From NCBI RefSeq assembly GCF_009914755.1, contig NC_060940.1: a stretch of DNA of 64,000 nucleotides, one strand, 5' to 3'. Position numbers and translations under genes: made by a program. Positions 47,228 to 64,000 of this stretch are shown here, in pieces. Below the pieces are notes generated by a model. It had not been told where the DNA came from. It was given only the letters and a program-made list of their open reading frames with translations, and ran no database searches. Source of the stretch: the human T2T-CHM13v2.0 reference genome, Homo sapiens. Each line of letters starts with the position of its first letter. The stretch's first letter is position 1.

Positions 47228-49528
47228 AGGGAGAAACAAATGCTGGGTAGACAGAAGCGACGGATGTGCATGAGGAGCTGAGACAGACAGCTGCCTGGAA
47301 TTGAGCCTTACTTAACCTGGAAGGTATGACTATGTCTGTGAATCCTCATTGGAAGAAGTTTTATTGGTCAGACATCCTGTTCCATGTCAGCCTCTCCCTC
47401 TAGGATCTTTTGCTTCCTGCAAGGAGTGGGGCCTGGTATGTTTATCTTTTGCATTTGTCATTCATAGTGACTCAGCATCAATTCATCCTTTCCCACAGTA
47501 TTGTGAATTTCCTTTGGGGAAGCACACTTTTGGTACTCTCCAGTGGATTAGGTGGCATTAGCCCCACCTTCACTCCAGTGCTGGGCCCTGATTCCCTTAA
47601 GTCAATTAGCATACTCCATTCCCCAGGCCATAATGACTGATTCAGGGATGGACCAAAGAGAGCCAGGCTTTGGATTTTTTATTCAACTGTCAGAGTAAAG
47701 AGAAAGAACTTCTCTTTCCTCTGCACATGAATTGGGCAGCCATCTTGAAATAGTAAGAAGAGAAGCTTTATAAAGGAATGAAATTAAGAAATGGAGTGAG
47801 AAGAATGGAGTTAAGAAATGGTGTGAGGTCAGGCATGGTGGCTGACACCTGTAATCCCAGAACTTTGGGAGGCTTAGGTGGGTGGGAGGATTACATGAGC
47901 CCAGGAGTTCGAGACCAGCCCTGGCAACATAGTGAGACTCCCTGTTTCTATAAATAATGAAAAGAATTAGCTGGGCATTGTGGTGCATGCCTGTGGTCCT
48001 AGCCACTCAGGAGGCTGAGGTGGGAGGATTGCTTGAGCCTGGGAGGTTGAGGCTATAGTGAGCTGAGATTGCACCATTGCACTCCAGCTTGGGTGACAGA
48101 GTGAGATCCTGTTAAAAAAAAAAAAGAGAAAGAAGGAAAGACAAAAAGAAAAAGAAAGAAAGAAGGAAAGAAAAAAAGAAAAAAGAAAGGGTGTGAGAAA
48201 CACTGGGTCCTGGCAAAAGATGTTGGCACCTGCATCAAACCATACCTGCAGGTTTGCCCCTGGACCTTTCAGTTATATGAACAAATATGGGTTGGATTTC
48301 CTTATACTTACAAGTAGTTGGGTTGCTTTCTTTTTTCCTGTTTATTTTTCTTGCTCATGAGATGCACACAAATTGTTTTTTATTATGGGTATAAGTGATC
48401 ACAAAGTGCCCATTTTCTCTATAACCTGAACAGAGAGAGTATGGGCATCTCAGCTTCACTGGGCCACAGCATCAATCTTTACCCTGAATTCAGCTTTGAT
48501 GCACCTGAGTGCCTGATGAGCTACAGGGATCCTGTTTCTGAAAACTTTACGTGGGTGACAAAATAGCAAAATAGTGTGTGAGGCCTTTGCCTTGAGACCT
48601 GGGTTTGTTCCGGAGACAACTCTAATGGAGGAGAGAGATTTGCTCCTCCCACTCTCCTCGCTGACATTTGGCCTCAGGGGACTGAGTCATACCCGACTGA
48701 CTCCATGTATATAAGTGTGAATGGCAGTCTGGTAGTCCAACCAGGTGATGCTTCCTGTCCCCGGAGGGTAGCCAATATCATCTCCTGCTTTTCTTCCTTC
48801 TGATTTAGCATCACTCAGGGCAGGAATTCTGGGCTGGAGGAGAGGGGCCTATAGTTCTCTTGTATGGTCTGAGTTTGCTCACACAGCAACCTGCTCTTAT
48901 CTAGTCTGATTTTTTTCAACAGCATCCTGTTGTACCTTGTCATCTGGCTCTGTGGACAGGCCTTTCTGGTCTTCACACTGATGCAGGTTTGTTAGTTTTT
49001 TTCCTCCTTGTTAATGTATAGTCAGGAATTTAACATCCTTGACTGTCCTCATCATCGGACACCCTCACTAGTCTTGTCAAGTCTTAGCTATACAAATGAA
49101 AGCATGGAAGCTTGGAGGTGATATGTCATGATGCTGAATCCTAGGACTGAGCCCCGTGAATATGCTGTTAAGGTTCTTCAATCCCCACTTGCCTTCTGGG
49201 CCTGCCGCTCTTGCAACATCCTTGTGTCATGCTCAAAGACCTTTGCAGTGCCCAGTTCTGTGTTTCCTAACAGCGTCTTTGTTTTGGGTGCATTCTTTGA
49301 TATTGGATGCTTGAAATGGACTAATCAGGTCCTGGCAGGCAATGGATGCACATTAAAATCAATTACTTGAGGAGAGTTTAGCAAAGAGAGTATTTACAGA
49401 AGCATGGACTGGGTTAAATGAAACAAAGGATGTGAGGTACTCTGGAACTGTCAACAGCACAGAGCCCTTACCAACCAGGTCTAAAAGGGAAGGGGAGAGA
49501 GACTCCTGGAATCCAGAAAGAACTGTAG

Positions 49529-50894
<1,366 letters not shown>

Positions 50895-51199
50895 GTAGCT
50901 GTGAGAAAGAGCCGCCCAACAAGGGCTGTAGCAGCTTTTCCCAGTGGCGCCAATGCTTCCCTAGTCCAGGCTCTGGGGAATTCTCTCTTGGAAGACGCAG
51001 CAGGCTGGAGTTGAGGGTGGGGACTTTAATCCTCCTCTGCACATTGCCAGGAACCACCTTTTCCCTTCCAGAGCAGACTTTCATTTTAAAAGCTATTTTG
51101 TGTTCATCTTCTGAAAGCCCATGTGTTTGCTCATTTCCAGGAGAATTTTTATGACTTCTACACTTTTAAAAAGCTCATGTGAAGCTGCCTGGCTTTCTG

Positions 51200-51634
51200 T
51201 CTAGGTTTTGGATACTTTCTTCTTGCGCCTCCAAATCCGCTGTCCGTTCTTCTCAACTCTGGTGTGCCCAGGGAGCCAGACTGGCCAGTGGGGACCCAGT
51301 AGGAGATTGGAGGGTGGAAGGGGAGGTCAGGGTATTTATTCCTTTGGCTTCTTTCCTTCCGGGCTGAGAGTTTGCAGTAGCTCAGTTTCTCCCTAAAGGC
51401 CACAGTTCCTGTTGGGCAGTTCTGTCTTACAGCGACAGCTCTCTCTGGGTTCCAGGATTCTCTCTCTCTCTCTCCTTCCCTTTTAGACCCCACTGTTGAT
51501 AATACCAGCGTGCTCCACATCCTTGTTTTCTCTTAATCCTGTCCACACTTCTGTAAATAATCTCTTTCCTAAACTGTCCTCAATTACCCCATTGGAGTGT
51601 GCATCTGTTTTTTGCTGGGGCCTTGATTGCTCCA
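51200..51634 (+). mobile_element. Old ERVL LTR (LTR33-like); inverted partner at ~49317-49528
   Basis: GGGTATTTATTCC, CACAGTTCCTGTTGGGCAG and the terminal TGTGCATCTGTTTTTTGCTGGGGCCTTGATTG motif. Confidence 0.6.
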
Positions 51635-52067
51635 TTTCAAACACCCAGTGTCAAAGAATTCACCCCTGAAGGCTGCAAGGGGAACCTCAGGGAAGCTTCT
51701 GCAATGTCTCTCTGTTTCCAGGTGGTAGTCCACCTCCGGCGTAGCCTGAACCAGGTCAATTAATGCTGCCTATTTTATATGATCAAGTTTGTCATTGAGG
51801 TCGTGAAGATGCATACCTCTTACTTCTGGCTTGGGGACAGTTGGGCACTGCCCCGTAGTTAATGACTGTGGATACAGTTCTCAAATTAATCTGGGTGTCA
51901 GCTGAGTCCATCAGCCAGTGAGTAGCCCCTGATTGCATGGCCAAGGAAAACCAAAACTTCACCAGGGTTTCTGCAAATGACTGTCTCAGGACTCCTTCTG
52001 GTTGCATGCTATCGATGTACCTCCTTGCCCCAGGTGTGAATCCTCTGAAATAATTCATAGTGGAACA

Positions 52068-55032
<2,965 letters not shown>

Positions 55033-55109
55033 AGCAGTGTAGACTTTAGTTGATGATTCCGGTGGGGAGACCAAAGTGAAATTTACATTGCACACTTCAC
55101 AAAAAGTAA

Positions 55110-55502
<393 letters not shown>

Positions 55503-56491
55503 TAATGCAGCGCACCTTTCCTGGGCAGCAGTGTGGGTTATAGATACATGAAATATCTATTACATAAGTCTCTCAGCTTCTTCCTGCATATATTGCTATT
55601 CAACTGCTTAAAGCTATTGAAAAATTCATGCAAACAAAATTTTAATCTAACAGAGAAAATATCTTTGTGACATTGTTCAAATCAAGTTATATCATGTATG
55701 AAGGAGAAGCACATTCCACCGAGAAAAGCTTTTTAAACCCTCTGCTTTTTGACATTTTAACCAGTATGTTAGATAAGAAGGCTGGTATGGAAATATAGTT
55801 AGCAACATTGTTGGAAAATATAGGCTAGAAAAGAGTTCAAGAATATGTATCCATTGAACTTGATGAAATAATTTTAGAAGCTGAGGCTGTGAAATCTTGA
55901 CAGCAAAACTGAAGAGACACTGTAGAGTTCCCATTTTGCAGATTTATATTTGGTTGGTTCATGCAGGCAGACTCCAGGAGAACTAAGACTTTGTTAAATA
56001 CCTAACACATACCCAGTAAGAAGGATAAATGTAGGTGTTCACATCAGGGTTTTAAACACGTGATCCAATAAATCAGCAAAAAGGCAGCAAAGCAATTGTA
56101 GTAATGGTTAAAAAAAAAAAAAAAAGGAGTGGGGAAGACTTCAGGAGCAGGAATTGTATAAAAATACATCCAAATGTGGCTATTTCTGACTACTTCATTT
56201 AAATGTGAGCCTCTATCCGTTCTCACCTGGATTCCAGCAAGAACTTCCTAGCAGTTTTCTCTGTTTGAGATTTGCTTTCTTGGGGTCTATTTTCAACAAG
56301 GCAACTGGAATAATACTTAAAAAAAAAAGTATCAGGCTGGGCACGGGGGCTCATGCCTGTAATCTTGGTACTTTGGGAGGCTGAGGTAGGAAGGATCACT
56401 TGAGGTCAGGAGTTTGAGACCAGCCTGGGCAACATAGCTAGACTCTGTCTTTACAATACATAAATAAATAAGTAAATACATACATTAGTCA

Positions 56492-56659
<168 letters not shown>

Positions 56660-58209
56660 CTATTTAATTTATCTATCTATCTATACACACACACGAAGTA
56701 TCAGAACATTATTCATGATAGCCAAAAGGTTAAAAAAACCCCAAATGTCCATTAGCTGAATGGATAGTTAAATTGTTGTACAGTATATCCATACAATGAA
56801 ACATTACTTGGCAATTTAAAAAATGAAGTATGAGTAGTCATATTTATAGAGACAGAAAGTACAATGGTGGTTGCCATACCAGGGACTGGGGTGGGGTGGG
56901 GAATGGGAATTGTTGTTTAATGGGTACAGAGTTTCAGTTTGGAGAGGTGACAAGAGTTCTGGAGATGGATGGTGGGTATGGTTACACAACAGTGTGAATA
57001 TACTTACTGCCATGAAACGATACACTTGAAAATGGTAAAGATTGTTAAAAAAAAACTCAAAAGGACTGAAGTGCTGATATATGCTACAACATAGACGAAC
57101 CTTGAAAATCTTATTCTAAGAAGCCAGATGCAAAATGTCACATGTAGTATGATTCCATTGATATGAAATGTTCAGAATAGGCAAATGTATAGAAAGTAGA
57201 TTAGTGGTTGCCCAAGGCTGGGTAGGGGTTTTGCGGGAAGGGTTGAGAAAATGGGGAGTGATGGCTAATGGGTAAAGACTTAAATGGGTGATGGGATGAT
57301 AAAAAGTTCTAACGTAGATTACGGGCAGGTGCTGTGGCTCATGCCTGTAATCCCAGCACTTTGGACCCGAGGCAGGTGGATCACTTGAAGCCAGGAGTTT
57401 GAGACAAGCGTGGCCAACGTGGTGAAACCCCATCTCTACTAAAAATACAAAACTTAGCCAGGCGTGATGGCACATGCCTGTAATCCTAGTTACTTGGGAG
57501 GCCAAAGTGGGAGGATCGCTTGAACTCAGGAGATGGAGGTTGCAGTGAGCTGAGATCACGCCACTGCACTCCAGCTCTGGACAATAGAGCTAGACTCTGT
57601 CTAAAAAAAAAAAAAAAATTATAATGATGGTTGTACTACATTGTGAATATATAAAAATCCATTGAATTGTAAACTTTAAATGGGTGAATTTTATGTCAAT
57701 TAAAGCTATTTTTTAAAAAAGACCTATATGAAAAACTTGAATTTTGGGGAGTTAGTTGTATTAACCAGGCCCTATCCAGTCTTTTTTTCAAAATTAGAGA
57801 TGGGGGTCTCACTCTGTCACCCAGGCTGGGGTGCAGTGGCGTGATCATAGCTCACTTCAGCTTCCCAAAGAGCTGGGATTACAGGCGGATGCCACAATGT
57901 CTGGCTAACTAAAAAAAAATTTTTAAGAGATGAGGGGTCTCACTATGTTGCCCAGGCTGGTCTTCAACTCCTGGCCTCAAGTGATCCTCTCGCCTCAGCT
58001 CACAGGCGTGAGCCACCATACCTGGCTTATCTAAGAAAGCCACCATACCTGGCTTATCTTTCTCTCATCTTGAGAAAGAATGAATTCAGTTTGGTTACTG
58101 CACATTGAAGAGTAAGCTATCCTCAACATCCAGTAACACACCATAGCCTTTCCAAAGGTAGAAATGGTGATAGGGTCAAATAAGTATTTGTTTCACAGCA
58201 TTTGAAGAA

Positions 58210-58795
58210 AAAAAGGCAGATTATGTTATTCCTTTGCTCAAAACCTTCCAGTGGTTTTCCATGTTAATGAGTGGAAACTAAAGTTCTTAAAATTGCCTAC
58301 AAGGTCCAATACACTCAGTTTCCCACCTGCGACTTGTTTGAGCTTACCCCCTACTTCCTTCAGCCATGCTGACCTTCTCCCCATCCGTCCCATGCCCTGG
58401 ACCCACTCCTGCCCCAGGCCTTTGCACCTGCTGGCTGTGACCTCCGCCTCCGAAATTGTTTTGCCAAATTCCCTCATAGCTTGCTCACTTATACCTTCTT
58501 TAGTTCAAATGTCACTTCTTGGCCACCTGTCTGGCCACCCGCCACGGAAGTGCATTCCTGACATTTTCTGCTTTTCCGCTTTTCTTCCCTCCTTCATTTT
58601 TTTCCCATGACACACCTGCACAATACACAGTTTGTTCATTCTTTGGTTCATTGTCTCCTCACACCCACTCAAGAATGTAGTACAAAGGCAGGGATTTTTG
58701 TCCATCTTGTTCACCGCTGTATCCTCAGTACCTTTATAATGGTGTTTGGCACATAGTAGTAACTCAATAAGTATTTGTTAAATGAACAAATGAAA
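58210..58795 (+). mobile_element. L2 3' end
   Basis: TGCTCAAAACCTTCCAGTGG...GGCACATAGTAG..CTCAATAAGTATTTGTTAAATGAA. Confidence 0.75.
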
Positions 58796-58964
58796 AGCTG
58801 CCATGTGTTCAAGAAGTCATTGTGTGTTGCATAGGAAAACAGTAGCTGTTAAGGAGATACCAGCATCCTACAAATAGTGGAGGAAAATGCCATGCAAGTT
58901 GCCAAATTGATTAAAGTGTGCCTTTTAACTTGTAGACTCCGGAGGGTAGCTTACACAAATATGA

Positions 58965-59207
<243 letters not shown>

Positions 59208-59924
59208 TAGTAGAGAGAGGGTTTCACCTTGTTAGCCAGGATGGTCTCGATCTCCTGACCTCATGATCCGCCCACCTCGGCCTCCCAAAGTGCTGGGATT
59301 ATAGGCGTGAGCCACCGCGCCCGGCCGAGGATTGTTAAACATCATTTAATAAGTGGGTCTTTGCTGCCCTTCTCCCAGGAATAGAGTGTATAGAGTTGCC
59401 CATGTGAGAAGCAGCCAAAGCCCAGGTCAGCACCTGCAATGAGGAGTGGCTGCCTGGTTGAATGGAGCGGGGCTTCTGTTTGAAACCTCACTGGTTTTCT
59501 CTGTTGACAGCATCTTGATATATATGGCATGTGTCTCCTGACCTTAGTGGCCTCTCACAAAACTCTGGAGCATAACAGTGCATCTCTTTGAGATTCTCTT
59601 AGCAGCATAGTCCATAGGTGAATTCTCTATGGACTATGTGTCTTATATTTTAAACCAATTTAAACCAAACCCATCACAAAAGTACCCTCCAACTTTGGTG
59701 AAAACCTGTCCAGCCATTTTCTTATGATATTGTAAGACAGAAACTTAATTTTTTTTTTGGAGACAGTCTTGCCTTGTTGCCCAGGCTGGAGTGCAGTGGT
59801 GAGATTTCAGCTCACTGCAACCTCTGCCTCCTGGTTTCAAGCGATTCTTATGCCTCAGCTACCTGAGTAGCTGGGACTGTCGGCACACACCACCACACCC
59901 GGATGATTTTTGTATTTTTAGTAG

Positions 59925-60047
<123 letters not shown>

Positions 60048-60160
60048 TAATCTCCAGGTAAAATAAGAACCAGAAAGACTGGGTCTTGTGTTTGCAGTAT
60101 GTGGAACTGCAAATTAAGACTTTCAAATAAGGTTGAAGCCCGAGAGACAATGGTAGGTAA

Positions 60161-60415
<255 letters not shown>

Positions 60416-61573
60416 TAAGGTTTACTTATCTGATAACCTGATTTCCTCCCTAGAGAAAGAATTAAATTGTTTTTAGCTGATTGAATGGGGGCTTGGGTGA
60501 CATTTCAGGAGAGTTAGAAAGTGTACGTGTATATTTAAAGACTGATTTGTAAGTTGACACTTGAATATATGTAAGAGTAGTCAACTTGGTTTGAAACAGT
60601 CTTTTTTATTCTTTTTGGTTTATTGGTAACTGTGAGTTGATTTATCCCTAAAATAGTTCAAAGCCTTTTCTGTTTTAGCTCTGGGAATAATGTTTTTCTT
60701 CTTTTCAAAGATGTAATATTTCTGTTAACACTATAGAAAGATAAGAAAGATAAGAACCTTCAGGGCTCTTTGAAGACAAAATTGTATTCTGAATTGGGCA
60801 TTCATTAGACTGAGCGGATAAATCTCTAAATCTGGGTTTTATGATTTTAGGTTTGTTTGTTTAATGGATTTCTTTGCTTAAACTTCAGGTGCATGCATGA
60901 TAATTTTGAAGAGCAGAGAGATGGACAAATGTGATTTGATTTATAAGTCTTTTCAAAGGCATTTGAAAATGTATTTCAGGTTTAGTTAAGCTTATTTTTC
61001 ACACTCTTAGTTGAAGGCAGGAGTGATTGTTTTCCTCCCTCCACACCTCGAAAGATGGAATGGTTTTTCACTTATAAATTTTTCCATCTCAGAAAAGGAG
61101 GAGCAGAGGTTTTCCAGAAGGGTTAAGAATAAAGGTGGGGAAGGCAAGCCCTTGTTACCATAAGAGCAGGAATCCATACGGAAGAGTGGCTGGTTTAGAT
61201 TTGCTGGCTTGAGAGTGGATTATTTTATCCAACTCTTGATCAGTGTTGTGAGAATTAAGTAAGATAATGGATTTAAGGGGCTTAGAAGTGTCCAATCAAT
61301 GTTAGCTACTGTTGTTATTCTCAGTACTACATGTAGGCTTGATGGATATATTTGGAGACATTTGTACCAAGGGTTATGGGGCAATAAGTGCGTGGTTCAC
61401 CATTTGGCCCAGTGAACTTTTCAGGACTTAGGATGAGGAAGGCGGGAAAAGCCCTGGGGCTGGCAGGTTTAGAGGGAGACTCTTGCATTATGGTCCTGAG
61501 AGCCCCAGGATAGGAGATGACCTTTATCACAAGATCTGAGAACTGCTGCTATCTCGGGCTTCTGGGATAATGA

Positions 61574-61899
<326 letters not shown>

Positions 61900-61988
61900 C
61901 AATGGAGGGATTTTTTATAGCATTATGTCTACCTGGCTTTTCATATGACTTGTGTCCTGCTCATGCAGCTTTGATGACTTCTGAAGTA

Positions 61989-62353
61989 CAGATGTTCCTT
62001 GACTTACAATGAGGTTGCATCTCAATAAACCCACTGTAACTTGAAAATATCTTAAGTAAAACTTGCTTTAATACACCTAACCTACTGAACATCATAGCTT
62101 AGCCTAGCCTACCTTAAACATGCTTAGAACACTTACATTAGCCTAAGGTTGGGCAAAGTCATCTAAAATAAAGCCTGTTTTATAATAAAGTGTTGAATAT
62201 CTCACATAATTCATTGAACATTGTACTGAAGGGGCAAACCAGAATGGTTGTATGGGTACTTGAAGTACAGTTTCTACTGAATGCACATTGTTTTTGCACC
62301 ATTGTAAAGCTGAAAAATTGTAGATTTAACCAATGTAAGTTGGAGACCATCTG
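61989..62353 (+). mobile_element. MER47A-like TcMar-Tigger MITE
   Basis: Terminal inverted repeats CAGATG...CATCTG, preceded by TA; ~365 bp; CATCATAGCTTAGCCTAGCCTACCTTAAAC core. Confidence 0.8.
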
Positions 62354-63660
62354 TGTTTTGTTCCTCCTTAAAGCATACAAAAGTGTAGCCAAAGAGTGTT
62401 TCAAAGCTGGATTACATAATGAATTATTATTATTTTTTTTTGAGATGAAGTCTCGCTTTGTTGCCCAGGCTGGAATACAGTGGCGTGAGCTCGCCTGACT
62501 GCAACCTCCGTCTCCTGGGTTCAAGCGATTCTCCTGCCTCAGCCTCCCGAGTAGCTGGGATTACAGGCATGCCTGGAATTACAGGCACACGTCACCACAC
62601 CCAGCTAATTTTTGTATTTCTAGTAGAGACAGGGTTTCGTCATGTTGGTCAGGCTGGTCTCAAACTCCTGACCTCAAATGATCTACCCGCCTTGGCCTCC
62701 CAAAGTGCTGGGTTTACAGGTGTGAGCCACTGCACCTGGCTGAAAATCCAGATTTTTGTCCAAGATTGCAGAATAAATTGCCTGGGACAAGTCAATGAGT
62801 GAGGAGAGATAAGTCAATGGACTGAGAAGGGGTAAACTCAGTCTTGCATAAACAGAATACAGAGGGGATTTGGGTGGATGGGGAGCAGTGAGTGAATGGG
62901 CAAAGATAGGACAAAACCAAGCCCACTTAAAGAACAATAATATTACAAAGGACAAAGTTGAGAATAAGAGGCAAAGGGAGGAAATTTAAAAAGCACATTT
63001 TTGAGCACTGACTAGTGATGCTTTCCCTGCATAATCTCATTTAACCAGTTTAACAACCTTAAAAAGGAAGTAGTAGTGTTCTTATTTCATAGATGAGGAA
63101 ACTGAGGCTTGGAGACAGGAGAAATGTTCAGAGAAGACTGTTTCTAAAAGGGTATGTGGTTAGCTATATTCTAAACATTCTTGATACCTCCCCCAACCCC
63201 CCTGCCCTTGAATAGTCACTGTCTTCCCAGCCATCATCTATTCTACCTTCAAAACATATCCCCAGTTCATCCACTGCTTCCCATTTCCTGCATTGTCACC
63301 CTAGACTACCACTGCGTCTCAACATATACAGCCTCTCGATTCTCCTATTTCCTAATCTGCCTTCTGCTTAAATTGTTCTTTCAACAAAATCCAGAGAAAC
63401 CCCAAACAAGTGCACATCTGATAAAGATACTGCCCTCATTAAAACCCTCAAAGGCTCCCTTGCAATTACTTTAAGAATCTCAAGTGCTCATGCTGGCCTG
63501 CAAGACCCAGCATGACCTTGTCCCTGCCAGCCTTTCTGGTTACATCTTCTTCATCATCTCCTTCATCCCGGTGCCCCACCAATGCAGTCCTTTCATGTCT
63601 CTAACTGCATCCTCGCTTTCCTTCTCCGTGGTCTTTACTCATGCTCTCCTTGCTACTTAA

Positions 63661-63999
<339 letters not shown>

Positions 64000-64000
64000 T

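Overview
Human (great-ape-type) genomic DNA, very rich in Alu, LTR and L1 repeats. Nine GT-AG exons on the + strand (8755-38473) splice into the C-terminal ~400 residues of otoancorin (OTOA), ending in the GPI-anchor signal ...[11 protein letters not shown]. The second exon carries an in-frame TAA at the codon equivalent to Glu787, plus Pro785 and Ser806. No upstream OTOA exon is visible in the first 8.7 kb, which instead holds rearranged Alus, two HERV-H LTR7 copies and an orphan Alu tail that looks like a duplication junction (~6932). The window is therefore best read as the OTOAP1 segmental-duplication pseudogene on 16p12.2 plus ~25 kb of downstream flank. The only visible coding lesion is the single stop; the rest of the frame and all splice sites are intact. 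Structures not explained by standard annotation are a young ~153-bp-arm fold-back inverted duplication around an AT-rich spacer (42741-43353), an ancient inverted duplication (49.2-51.7 kb), an ERV LTR transcript apparently retroposed by L1 (16364-16741), two LTR7 insertions in one Alu, and several template-switch scars. I do not see a wholly new gene system; the most novel ideas below are labelled as hypotheses. Repeat subfamily names are from recall of consensus sequences and need RepeatMasker confirmation.
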